Below, piece by piece: positions 51,426 through 63,300 of a stretch of 64,000 bases of DNA. The translations under genes were made by a program, and so were the position numbers. This DNA comes from Octopus sinensis (taxonomy: Eukaryota), in contig NC_042997.1 in the NCBI RefSeq assembly GCF_006345805.1, positions 102,114,001 through 102,178,000 on the forward strand, given 5' to 3'. Each line of letters starts with the position of its first letter. Position 1 is the stretch's first letter. Below the pieces are notes generated by a model. That model worked only from the letters and a program-made list of their open reading frames with translations, had not been told where the DNA came from and did no database searches.

Positions 51426-51890
51426 GTGTGTGTACACACACACACACTCACACATACATACATACATACATACATACATACATACATACATACATACATA
51501 CATACATACATACATACACGCATGTACGCGCACATACACCTATGCACAGATCAAAATAGATATAGATTTAGATACAAATATTGTTATCTGTGGAGACATA
51601 TTTTGTAGAAAAAGAAATAGCGGCCTTTTGGCTGCTATTTCTAAATTTTCGGTATGTGGCGAAGCAACTTGCTGCTTAAACCCTTAATCATTGTTAATCA
51701 AGACCGCTATTTCTTTTTCTACAAAATATGTCTCCACAGATAACAATATTTGTATCTAAATCTATATCTGTGCACAGGTGTATGTATGTATGTATGTATG
51801 TATGTATGTATGTATGTATGTATGTATGTATGTATGTATGTGTGTGTGTATGTGTGAGTGTGTGTGTGTGTACACACACACACGCACACA
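51426..51890. repeat. Fold-back inverted duplication with a perfect 66-bp core
   Basis: 51558-51623 is the exact reverse complement of 51704-51769; arms extend through mirrored (TACA)n/(TGTA)n tracts; 80-nt spacer. Confidence 0.9.
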
Positions 51891-52739
51891 CTCACACATA
51901 AACCAGGGGAAACAGATAGATAGACAGATAGATCTACATATACACATGTGCTTGCATGTACACGCATATATGCACGCGTCTGAATGTGTTCGTGTGCGCG
52001 CGCGTTGTGTTCACGCACGTGTATACGAAGAATTTGTGTTGGGCAAATGGTTAGTTGTTAGCGATCGATGACTACAGCTTAATTTCAATATTTGTTTAGA
52101 GCTATTCTAGCAACCATTCACACATGTGTGCGTGTCTGTGTGTTTGCGAGTGTGCGCGCGAGAGAGTGTGTATGTAGCAAGTTCATTGTCCTAAAAAGCA
52201 TGATCAGCGGGGTGTATTTGTGCCTAATAGAATGGCAGGGAAATGCTCAGGCTGAAATATTTTCTGTCCCTGAGAAGGAAATGTAGTTTTATAGTGAAAC
52301 CTCTGCAACATTATAAATGTATGGTTGTCACGAAAGGTCATCAAAGATAGTAAGATGTGACGTATACAGGAATAACTGGTGTTTTGATGGTGTATTAAAA
52401 TGTTTTATTGATGTGCAGTTGCATAGTTCTGAAGAATGAAAGTAAGTTAATGACAAATGCAGTTGATTCTCGAGGCAAAAGGCACCAAAATAATATGCTT
52501 CTTTTCTTTTCTTTTAGTTTAAATTAGTCGATATGAACATCAATGTATAAAATGAAAGAAACAAGGCAATAAATTGAATTCTATTTAGGATATGTTGTTT
52601 ATAATTAAAGTGTGAGAAGTATGAAATATGTTTCCATGATATGTACAGTGACTGTGGTTTTGTGCACTTAAAAGAAATGGTTGTTATGTGACTGTTAAAG
52701 TATGTTCCCAGGGTCATTGTTAATGTCGGTAGTGTTTGT

Positions 52740-53380
52740 CTAGCGTGAGATATTCAGACCGAATGAGGATGGATCCAGTGTGCAAAAAGTTAAGGAAGAA
52801 TGACGGATTATATCATCTACATAGGCGAGTGTGTTGCTAAAGCTGGCAGTAAATAGATCGCTCATGTACAGAAGTAAGAGTATGAGAGACGTTGCCGAAT
52901 TTTGGGATACACCCAGGGCCGAATTCATGTATGGGCCCATGTGAGCCATGGTCCAAGGGTCCTCAAGCTTGGCGGCTCCTTTAACTCAGAGAAACCTAAA
53001 TAATTTGAAAATATATTTATAACATTCAAATAAATAATTTGTAAATTTTTTTTGTTTAATATTTTATTGATCCAATTGAGTTCTTTAAAAATTATTGAAC
53101 CCCCTTTTTTATTTATTGGGCCCTATTTTGATATATTGGGCCTCTAAATCTACTGAGGCACTTTAAAGTTTAGGGGCCTCTTCAAACTATTTGGGGCTTC
53201 TAGGTTTAATGGGGCCAACTTTGTAATCTGGGTATGTTTTGAATTAATAAAAACGTTGCCCCCCACCAAACCTGTTAACTCAGGGTCTCTACTAGGTCTA
53301 AGTCTGGCTTTGGATACATAAGAGTATACAGATCTTGTGACGTGTCGAAAAAATACCACTCAGCTATAGATCATAGACAG
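52740..53380 (-). mobile_element. LINE RT fossil split by a MITE
   Basis: GVSQNSATSLILLLLYMSDL...AYVDD (degenerate PQG/YADD motifs) on one side; GIFSTRHKI on the other. Confidence 0.55.
52914..53312. mobile_element. hAT-type MITE
   Basis: Starts cagggccgaatt, ends aagtctggctttg; degenerate 8-bp TSD gatacacc / gatacata. Confidence 0.6.
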
Positions 53381-53749
53381 GTAGGTTAACCAAGAATTTC
53401 TTATGCCATACACAGTATGAGTCTTATGCCATACACAGTATGAGTCCTACAGTAAGAGTCACTTGCAAAAGGTGCCGCGCAGTAGAACTGAACTCGAAAC
53501 CATATGTTTGCAAAGAAGGCTTTCTAATCAAAGCCTTGCCTGTGCCTATAAAATTTCACAGTTGGAAAAAAAAAAAAAAACAGTTAACCAAAGTTTTGCA
53601 AATTCAAACCATAAACAGGCCACTGATTATAATGTTTAATATTACGCCAAGGAGTAGAGATAATGCTAACTACGATTAATTATATAGAAAATAGACACCA
53701 ACGTACCAAAACTATAAGATGCATATGTTTATAAGTTAATCTAAAATAT

Positions 53750-54110
53750 ATTGCTTTTAAATTTTGGCTCAAGGACAGCAATTTTCGGGGAGGGGTTAAG
53801 TATATCACGTCGACCCCAGTGCTGAACTGGAACTTATTTTATCGACCACGAAAAGATAAAACATAAAGTCGACCTCGACCGAATTTAACCTCAGTGTAAA
53901 GACGGAGGAAATACCGCCTAAACATTTTTCCGGCGTGCTAACAATTCTGCCAGGTCGCCACCTTTCGCAAATGTTGGTACAAAGCCAGTAATTTCGAGGG
54001 CGGAGGAGGTTAGTCGATTACATCTCTCCCAGTGCTTAAACTGGTACTTATTTTATAGACCCCGAAAGGATGCAAGGCAAAATCGACCTCAGTGGAATTT
54101 GAACTCAGTA
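53750..54110 (-). mobile_element. Two tandem family A SINEs
   Basis: Repeated ttttatcgacc..gaaag..aaagtcgacctc..gaattt..ctcag modules. Confidence 0.8.
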
Positions 54111-54296
54111 GTTAATTTAAAATATATTTAACATTTAAAGTGAATGATTTTGTCTTCATGTTGTAGGAAAACAGTGAGCATAGTTGATACCATTCTAGAG
54201 AATGTCAATAAAATAGTAATATCTAAGTTTTCACGAAAGATTTTCATTTATCTTTGAAAAATGATCCGAGTGTTTGTTTTAGTTATTATTTAGTGA

Positions 54297-54366
<70 letters not shown>

Positions 54367-54388
54367 GTGTGTGTGTGTGTGTGCGTGC

Positions 54389-54428
<40 letters not shown>

Positions 54429-54649
54429 CTTCTTATAGCTATCATTAAGATGTCTCACAAGTCAGAATTAACATTTAAAAAATTTTTAAAGTAGGGAATA
54501 TTAACAGACTAGCTAGATATAAATAGGCAGTGAGGGAAAATAAACAATATCACTTAATGACTTATATCATTTTCATTTTTTACAGCAAATACAAGAGACA
54601 ACTCCGTACATATCTCGGCCTATTCTGCCTTCATAATACATTTCGAAGT

Positions 54650-55030
54650 GAGGCGGCCAGCTGGCAGAAACGTTAGCACGCCGGGCGAAATGCTTAGTCG
54701 TATTTTGTCTGCTGCTACGTTCTGAGTTCAAATTCCGCCGAGGTCGACTTTGCCTTTCATCCTTTCGGGGTCGATTAAATAAGTACCAGTTACGCACTGG
54801 GGTCGATATAATCGACTTAATCCGTTTGTCTGTCCTTGTTCGTCCCTTCTGTGTTTAGCCCCTTGTGTGTAGTAAAGAAATATGTATTCCTTCTGTCTTT
54901 ACTTCTAAGTTGAAATTCCGCCAAGGTCGACATTACCTTTCGGGGTCGATAAGTTAAGTATTAGTCGACTCCCCCCCCCCAACCCCACAAAAAAAAAATT
55001 TCAGGCCTTGTACCTAGTAGAAAAGAATAC
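54650..55030 (+). mobile_element. Near-intact family A SINE plus a partial second copy
   Basis: aggcggccagctggcagaaacgttagcacgccgggcgaaatgc...gagttcaaattccgccgaggtcgactttgcctttcatcctttcggggtcgattaaataagtaccag. Confidence 0.9.
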
Positions 55031-55199
55031 ACGATGTGGAGAGCATTAAAAAGCTAATTAGAAATTAATATGCGATGAAGAAAGAAACAATGTTAGTCAA
55101 TGACAGATTTAATTTTCGTTTTAGATCCAGAAGTAGCGCTTAAATTGTACAAATTTTTTAATCAATAACCTGACAAATATTTATAAAAAAAAAGTATCC

Positions 55200-56120
55200 T
55201 TTATCTTTTACTTGTTTCAGTCACTGGACAGCGGCCATGCTAGAATACTGCCTCAAAGAGTCTAGTCGAACAAATTAACCACAGTTAATTTTGTTTTTAA
55301 GTCAGTTACTTATTCGACCAGTCCCAAGACCATTTGTCAAGCCACGAGGTGGGTCACACACGAAACCCTCCCCCACGTATATATATCTACACACACACAC
55401 ACGACGGGCTTCCACGGATTGCGTCTACTAAATTCCACTCGCAAGGCAATGGTTGGCTCGGGGCTAAAGTGGAAGACACTTGCTCAAGGTACCGTACAGT
55501 GGGAAACAACAAGGTTGCAAGCCGAGCTTTTTAACCATATAGCCATGCCTGTACCTAAGTAAACAAATTGTCTTTTTTTTTTTTTAAGTAATTTACAAAA
55601 TTAGAAATAGAATAACGAACAAAAGGTAGGCATTTAATTAAAATTAATTGATTAATTTTTAAAATCCTTCAACCGAAATACAAAATTGTGATAACAAAAA
55701 GAAATAAGAAAAAATATTAAATTGACAATAGCTCAAGTTATTATCCTTAAAAGTAGAAATTAATTACAAGTATGAATCGTGGACGATAGATGTTTAAGGT
55801 GCAGGCTTCCCAACCACATGGTTCCGGCTCCAGTCCCACTGTGTGACACCTTGGGTAAATGTGTTCTGCTATAACTTCGGGCCGACTAAAACCTTATGAG
55901 TGGATTTGGTAGACAGAAACTGAAAGAAACCCGTCTTAATGCGCGCGCGCGCGTATTTGTATCCCTCCACCGCTTGACAACCGGTGTTGGTGTGCTTACG
56001 TCCCCGTAACTTAGCGGTTCGGTGAAATTGACTAATAGAATGAGTATCAGGCGTTAAGAAATAAGCCGATTCATTCGATTAATGTTTCAGCATAATTTCA
56101 GTCAAATGACTAATAAAAGA
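55200..56120. mobile_element. Two family B SINEs in opposite orientation (minus ~55200-55550, plus ~55790-56120)
   Basis: The tail tttacttgtttcagtcactggac marks the minus copy; caccttgggtaaatgtgttctgctata core marks the plus copy. Confidence 0.75.
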
Positions 56121-57142
56121 ATTCCATCCCTCATCATCGATGTGACATAATCTCAATCAAGACTTGTTTAAACGATAAACAATTTTACAAGAGATTAACT
56201 TAAGGCCGCTAAAATGACCTAATTATTCACCAGTTCACACAAGGATATAAGAGAATAATAGATTTGGATGAAAATTTACCAAATAGGTTTGCATAATTAT
56301 TTATTGAAATATATACATATATGTGTGTGAGTGTGGTTGTGCGTGAGTAAGCGTGCGTGCATGTGTAAAGTGAACGAGTGAATGAGTGAGTGAGTGAGTG
56401 AATGAGTGAGTGAGCGTGCATGCATGTGTAACTGTGAGTGAGTGACTGACTGACTGACTGACTGAGTGACTGACTGACTGAGTGAGTGAATGAATGAATG
56501 AATGAGTGAGTGTGCATGCATGTATAACTGTGAGTGAGTGAGTGAGTGTGTGTGTAAATGTATGTGTTTGTGGGCAATTGCGTGTGTTTGTGTGTGCGCG
56601 CGAGCAGTATACCTGGCTATATTTCTCATCCTACTCTCTGCGTTCCGAGTTCAAATCTCGTCATGCGGAGGTGATGCTGCTAAACTGTTAACCGGTTTAA
56701 CATCACTTGACATATCAGTTGCCCTTAACAGAGCTCACTCAGTTGCAAGCATTGAGGTCAGATTTCCAGTTTGAGGAAACATTCCTCCTTAACCTCGTAG
56801 AGGCTTTTAAAAGATCCTAGGAACTGTCCAGACGCGGTCCCAGGAATTTTTCGAAGGGAGGGCACAAGGTCAGAAGGGAATACAATTCCAGGAGAAAAGG
56901 GCGTAATAACATTACTTAGAAGGCCAGGTCGCTCTTTAGCGCTACTGGTAACATATGACCCAGTACAACCTGTCACATGGCCGGGTCGTCGGCAACTAAA
57001 CTGACAACTCCATCAAGCTTGCTTGGTGAAGAGGGTGACGTTGGACACCATGCGGGACGAAAAATAAGACCTGTCAAAGGGCGAGGGAACTGCTGTGTAG
57101 TCAACGGCCAGTTCAACAATGTTTGATAGCGACGCATGTGAA

Positions 57143-57189
<47 letters not shown>

Positions 57190-57299
57190 TTTTTGTGAGT
57201 GTTGTATTTTATATATTGTATAATTTTTTTATGTGCTTTACATGTACTTCTATATCCCCGAATTTATTTTATTCTCATCTCTATTTTATCTTCATTTTT

Positions 57300-59665
57300 C
57301 TATCTGTGATTGTGGTATGTGGGGTACATCCCACATGGCGTAACGTCCATGCCCTGCATAACTGGAATGGGGTAGACAGGACACCTTGAGCCGAAGTGAA
57401 GGCAGCCTGCCTAGGAGAAGGAAATCTCTTATAAGAAAAACCAGCCACGGAATTGAAATACTAAGTTGGTGTCCGGCGCTTAGGCTTTGGAGGGCAATCT
57501 CCCTTGAGATGGTATCTTGTATGTAAAAATACCCGGATGTAGAACTGGCAGTCCACTTCTGTATCAGCTACCGAAAGAATTACCATGACGTACACTTGCA
57601 GCGCCAGGGTTCGAGCCATTGCTTGTTCAGTTCCAAATTCTCACCTTACTTCCCATGAAACATATGACCAGCTACCTCTAAACTCTTTAGAGCGAGGTAG
57701 CTGTGAAGAAGTAGATGTAGATGCAGGAACAACAAACAAATTTATGAAGTGCAAAAGACATGTTGCCCGCAGCACTTTTAACTCACGAACTTTATCAAAG
57801 ACAAGCAGAAAGCAAGAACTTCTGCATTGTTTAAAGAAGAACAAAGTTGATGTCTTGAGCATCCAGGAACTCAGGCATCATCACCCTGACACAGATTTGA
57901 AGCATACTAACCTTGATAGATACCAACTTATTACGGCCTCTGCTATTAAAAATTCCCAGGGCTCCACTATAGGCGGTGTTGGTATTCTCCTGTCTCCAAG
58001 GGCCTCAGGGAACTTGCTCTCTGTTGAGAAAATACCTGATCGCATAATTGTTGCTGAGCTGAGAAGTAACCCTCAAACCATATTCATTACGTGTTATTGC
58101 CAAGCTAACACAAGTGATGAGAAACTTGCAGACGGTTTCTACTTCGATTTGAAGGGAGTAACGGAAAATGTCCCTTCCCACAACCTCCTTGTTATAGCAG
58201 GTGATTTTAATGGCCAAATTGGGAGGGATGAGGCTCTGCTCAACTATAACAAGGAGACTAACCGGAACGGGATAACACTGATTGATTTTGCTCACGAGTT
58301 CCAACTTCAGATTGCAAACACGGTTCATGAAACACCCAAAGCGTTTGTGGGCATTCCATCTGGATCTTATTCACAAGTTGACTACATACTGTGAGAATCA
58401 AGTGGAAGAACAGTGTCCGAAATGCAGAGGCATACTCCTCCTTTACATCTATTGGCTCAGATCATAGAGTTATTTCCATATGCACTGTTCTCAGCCTTAG
58501 ATCACCAAAACCACCAATCCCGAACCCCATGAAACAGGTGGACTGGTCCAAGGTATCATCAGATAAAGGCTTAGAGCACTCATTTGCAGTAGATGTTAAA
58601 AACCGTTTTGAAATGCTCTCAGAGCACACTGACGACATTGAAACACGATATAATAAACTTGTAACAGCCACAGAAGAAATTGCCCTTTCAAAACTACCAA
58701 AGAAGGAAAGAATAAAGTACAGACCAATTCATGCAGATGTCCGTATGAGAGAAGCAAGGAAGCATCTAGAAAGATTGAAACTGAGACATAAACAGAAGCC
58801 TACTAAAAATAACTTCAAAGATGCTTCCAAAGTTCAAGGAACACTAGATGAAGCACATTCCAATGTAGAAACAGATTACATTCTAGCTGAGCTTTACAGA
58901 ATTGCAAACTTGCATACTGCAAAGCAACATGCTGCAATATGGAAATTAATAAACACACTAACTGGAAGAAAATTTAAGCCCTCCATCAAGCTTAAAGGTG
59001 GTTCCTCTGAGAAGCGCAAGGCCAACTGGTCTGACTACTTTCAGAAACTTCTTAGAGAACCAGCACAAGCCAGCGGTCTTCCACTTCCTCTACACCAAAT
59101 ATCTAATGTATTAGACATCAGCACGGACCTTTTCACACTGGATGATCTCAAAGTAGCTCTCAGTAGTTTTGCTAACAATAAATCTCCAGGACTCGATAAC
59201 ATACCAACATTACTATGGAAAGATCCAATATTTCATAAAAACCTTACTAGGTTTCTGCAATGACACATATGCACATCATTTGCCTCCATCAGATTGGTTG
59301 AAGGATGAAATTGTCCCTGTCACAAAAAAAGGTGATCTAACAAGTGCAGCAAATTATAGAGGCATTACTCTGATCCCAATTGCAGCAAAAATTTAAAACA
59401 GACTTCTGCTTAATAGGATTGTACCTATCCTCGATCCATTTCTTCGTAAGAATCAGAATGGATTTTGAAGGGGCTGGTCAACAACTGCTCAAATCTTCTC
59501 CAACTATCGCATACTGGAAGAAATGAAAAAGTTTAACAAGAGCATAATCTGTTTTATCGACTTTCACAAAGCATTTCCTCCCAGGATTGCTGATGCTATC
59601 AGAACGCTGTACACAAACACCACTGCCACAGTTATATCTCCTGATGGAGAGACTGATTTCTTATT
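57300..59665 (+). mobile_element. RTE-clade LINE: 5' UTR + AP endonuclease + N-terminal RT, 3' part deleted
   Basis: TFNSRTL...SIQE...GGVGILLS...IAGDFNG...VDYIL (APE); KSPGLDNIP...VPVTKKGDL..NYRGITL...QNGF...FIDFHKAF (RT); frameshifts near 58390 and 59240; 5' UTR ggcagcctgcctaggagaaggaaatctc. Confidence 0.9.
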
Positions 59666-59704
59666 ATATACACACACATACACACATATGTGTGTGTATA
59701 TAAT

Positions 59705-59910
59705 GGTGAAATTAATATTGGCCTCAAATTTGGAACAAGGCCAGCGAGATTGACTTCAGTTATCGACTGGTACTTATTTTATCAACCCCAAAAGGATGAA
59801 AGGCAAAGTCGATCTCAGTAGAATTTGAACTCAGAACGTAAAGGTGGACGAAATGCCGCTAAGTATTTTGCCCGGCTTGCTAACGATTCTGCCGGCTCGC
59901 CGCCCCTATG
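59705..59910 (-). mobile_element. SINE family A
   Basis: tggtacttattttatcaacccc..aaaggatgaaaggcaaagtcg...gctcgccgcc. Confidence 0.85.
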
Positions 59911-60880
59911 TTGAAATGAATATTAAGAAAAGGACGGTGGATTCATAATTTGTGGAATCGTCAAAGAGAGATATGTGATGAGATTATGTCTTTAGTATCA
60001 TAGCTGATGATTGGGAACGAGGGGAGGTCCGCTTTGGTCGACGGTTTCATAGGTGTTGGTACTTTTTGGTTTGCTGTATAGGTGGCCGGGGCTCAGCGGT
60101 CTGCGGTCTGCCAACTCATGGGTTGCCCTGGACTGCAGGCACAAGTTACACTACTCTATATCTTGCAGTATTTAATCATGACCTTTTATATTCTGAGTTC
60201 TAATTCCGTCGTGATCAACTTTGCCTTTCGGAGCAGATAAAATTAAGTGCCAGTGGTCGACTTAATCAACAATACCACACAACCACCAAAGCTACCACCA
60301 CCACCACCAGCCAGCCAGCACCAAAAACACTGTGTGACCTTGTACCGGTGTTAGAAATTAATATAATGAATTGCATGAAAATTAATTAGATATCAAATTT
60401 CGCAGAGAATGAAAAATTATAATTGGAAAATATTTTCACGATAGGGAGAGAGAGCTACATTGTGTTTAAGAATATAATAGAAAACGTATTGTATCTTGGA
60501 TTTTTAAGCAGCTGTTATTATAACGCTTTGTAGTTTTCCAGTTTATGATGGAGTATACACCCTTACACTATAAGAATTTAGAAACTTCGATAGACTTGAA
60601 ATAAATCGTTTTTAGTTGTAAAACTCGAAGAAGATAAAGCTAGAAATAATAGTGTGCAAATATTAGGTTAAAAAGACAAAAAAAAACTGTGAGGCAGCCT
60701 TCGATTTTTACCACCCAAGATTTTTCTTTTTTTTTAACCCAGTACTTAAAGCTTGAGCTCTACTGTTGAAAACAGTTTATTACACTTACACTAATAGACA
60801 CGGATGCATACACACACACACACACACATACACACACACGCATACATACATACATACATACATACATACATACATACAAA

Positions 60881-61112
60881 GGATCTTTTCTAAAAGTTAG
60901 AAAAGATCCCATATGGATAATGATATCAGCTCAAAACAAAGAATACCATTGGGTAAAATTCGAATAATTAAACTACGTTAAACTTAGAAATTACAATTTC
61001 GTTTTCAATTTGGTTTACAATAATGTTTTCTTTTGACACATTCAAACCAGTATACGAAGTTTCAAATTTTCTAGTTAACTAGAAAATTCTGTCCATCTTT
61101 TAGAAAAGATCC
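60881..61112. mobile_element. MITE related to 10366-10779 with a duplicated terminus
   Basis: ggatcttttcta-aaagt-tagaaaagatcc palindrome at 60881-60909 and a second tagaaaagatcc ending at 61112; the subterminal gtatacgaagttt motif is shared with 10366-10779. Confidence 0.55.
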
Positions 61113-61221
61113 CATACATACATACATACATACATGTAGTTCAATACATTTTGAGTACTGATCATGCTGGAGCGCTGTTTTGTGTGTGTGTGTGCGCGTG
61201 TGTATGGTGTGTGTGTGTGTG

Positions 61222-61262
<41 letters not shown>

Positions 61263-61417
61263 CGTGTGTGTGTGTTTAAGTCTGTGTGTATAAAAGAATT
61301 AAAACAAATGTTTGGTTCGAAGGAGGAGTGTTCTGGTTTTTTTTATTCCATTTCGATCGAACAGTTCTACTTGAATCACTTTAAGTACTTCATACTCGAA
61401 GTACAATCGCTTTCAAT

Positions 61418-61435
61418 GTAGTAGTAGTAGTAGTG

Positions 61436-61487
<52 letters not shown>

Positions 61488-61497
61488 CAGTAGCAGC

Positions 61498-61533
<36 letters not shown>

Positions 61534-61550
61534 TGTTGTTGTTGTTGTTA
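61418..61550. repeat. (TAG)n/(CAG)/(TTG)n compound trinucleotide tract
   Basis: Direct reading. Confidence 0.95.
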
Positions 61551-61757
61551 TTGTCCTGGTCTATGAACAACTGCTAGACCCAACCTACCAGCAAGAAAAA
61601 CTTCCTAACTAGAATTTTTTGGTTGTCATAGTAACCGTTTATTAATAAGGAAAGCGTCGAACCAAAATGTCATGTACTGATTAATGACGCGTTTGAAGGC
61701 TCTGTAAGGTTTGATGGGAACTGCTTAAATATTTCATATCGAGTTACACACCAAAAT

Positions 61758-61825
61758 CAAGAGCGCGGGCTACTAACCCCAAGATTCCGAGTTCAATTCC
61801 AACCAGTTACCTGAATAATAATAAT

Positions 61826-61858
<33 letters not shown>

Positions 61859-62025
61859 AATAATAATAATAATAACTTCGAAAAATACCTTAGGAATGAG
61901 AACCCAAGTTCGAAATTTCCCCAAGACACCTGATGAAGGCTGGAGGGTATATCAGCCGAAACGTTGTGTTAACAACAAACAAGATGAGGACAAATATCCG
62001 TCAAATGTAAATAATGTAAATAATG
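61758..62025 (+). mobile_element. tRNA-like head + (AAT)n + hammerhead module (SINE-ribozyme chimera)
   Basis: agagcgcggg-ctactaa-cccc anticodon arm and gagttcaattcc B-box (61758-61800); hammerhead at 61926-61969; (TGTAAATAA)n-like tail. Confidence 0.6.
61926..61969 (+). ncRNA. Minimal type I hammerhead ribozyme motif (dimer-type)
   Basis: acac-CTGATGA-a-ggctg-gagggtatat-cagcc-GAA-ACGT-T-gtgt: perfect 4-bp stem I, 5-bp stem II, palindromic ACGT stem III. Confidence 0.8.
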
Positions 62026-62226
62026 ATAAATTCAGTCTGAGTGGACAATGATCAGTGCTCCTAAGGGACTCTTAGGACCCGAATGATTTTATCAGTTTGA
62101 TGACGAAAATGAAAATATTAAAATGGTTCTAAATTTGAAGATAATTGGTACCCTTTACCTTCAAATAAAAAGCTGCTGTTAGTAGGTTAACTCAGTTGGG
62201 TGCTGTGTTTATGACAAAAGAATATG

Positions 62227-62450
62227 CAGCAATCCCTCGACTATTGCGGGTGTTACGTTCCCCCTAAAACCCCACGATAGGTGAAAATCCGTGAAGTAGA
62301 AACAGTACTGTACTGTATATTTTTGAAATTATTTTTATAATTTCTATATATTTATCTTTTTATAAATGCAAAACAACACTACAGAGGAATCGACGTAAGC
62401 TTAAATAATAAACAGCGATAGGTGAACCGTGATATGGCGAGGGATTAGTG
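62227..62450. mobile_element. Tc1/pogo-type MITE
   Basis: cagcaatccctcgactattgcgg ... ccgtgatatggcgagggattagtg|ta imperfect TIRs. Confidence 0.7.
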
Positions 62451-62973
62451 TATCCATTAAAGTGTGGAATTCTTTGTATGTTATTTTCGGAGGAAGATGT
62501 TTACATTCAGTTTTACAGAAGTCGTTATTTAGACTTAAAAAAATATAAATATACCATAAAAACAAACATTTGTATCAACCAGAAATGATTAGTTGGACCG
62601 ACTGAATGCTAACGCTTGGATGATGCTTGTTTAATTTCCAAAAGCCAAAGAGAATCTTGCCTGTCTTCTTCACAATCCGGTCGCTGTGTTTATAGAAGGA
62701 ACATACAGAGATTTATTAAGTCTCCATAATCAGTTCAAAGACTTTTATGCAGTATCTATCCTTGCGTAGAACTTCCAGACAAAAAAAAATCCATGTTAAA
62801 ATAATCATGCATATTTATAATTTGCATACTAATACCAAATATTTCTTCATATTTACAAATTATCAACACTTCAACGAATGAAATTTTTTTTTAATGTTAT
62901 TTATATATAAACGGGACTTGTGTTTCTTTGTGATAGGAAAAATAGAATAGATTCTTTTTCCCCCAACCTTAAG

Positions 62974-63300
62974 GTATTCAGGATAAACAATTGTATTAGT
63001 GGAAAAGATATTGTGGTACACGTTGCTGATGGAGACCAGTTTGCAATTGGAATCAACTACCATTAAAATTGCTGCATTGGATTCACCCACCGACACCATG
63101 ATCGTAAGCAGGGTCCAAAGCTCAACAAACATTGATCTTGAAGCAACAGTGGGAAATGAGCTGTTGCAAGTCATCAAAAAAGTTGCTGCAAGGCACAAAA
63201 TTATTGCACTGAAAGATTCGATATTTATGTTGAAAGAAAGATGGGAGTAAAAGGATATCTAGATGTCTGTGAATCAAATTCGTTTGAAAGAAAGAATGTG
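62974..63300 (+). pseudogene. Degenerate coding-like segment, product unknown
   Basis: Overlapping protein-like frames VFRINNCISGKDIVVHVADGDQFAIGINYH and IKIAALDSPTDTMIVSRVQSSTNIDLEATVGNELLQVIKKVAARHKIIALKD with purine-first codon bias; no motif recognised. Confidence 0.25.

Noticed and set aside
53400-53446. Short tandem duplications (23 bp here; ~38 bp at 19010-19085; ~35 bp at 31115-31185)
   Set aside because: Two-copy slippage products with no further structure.
61770-61778. TACTAAC branch-point consensus
   Set aside because: It is the anticodon loop of the tRNA-like head, with no adjacent 3' splice site.
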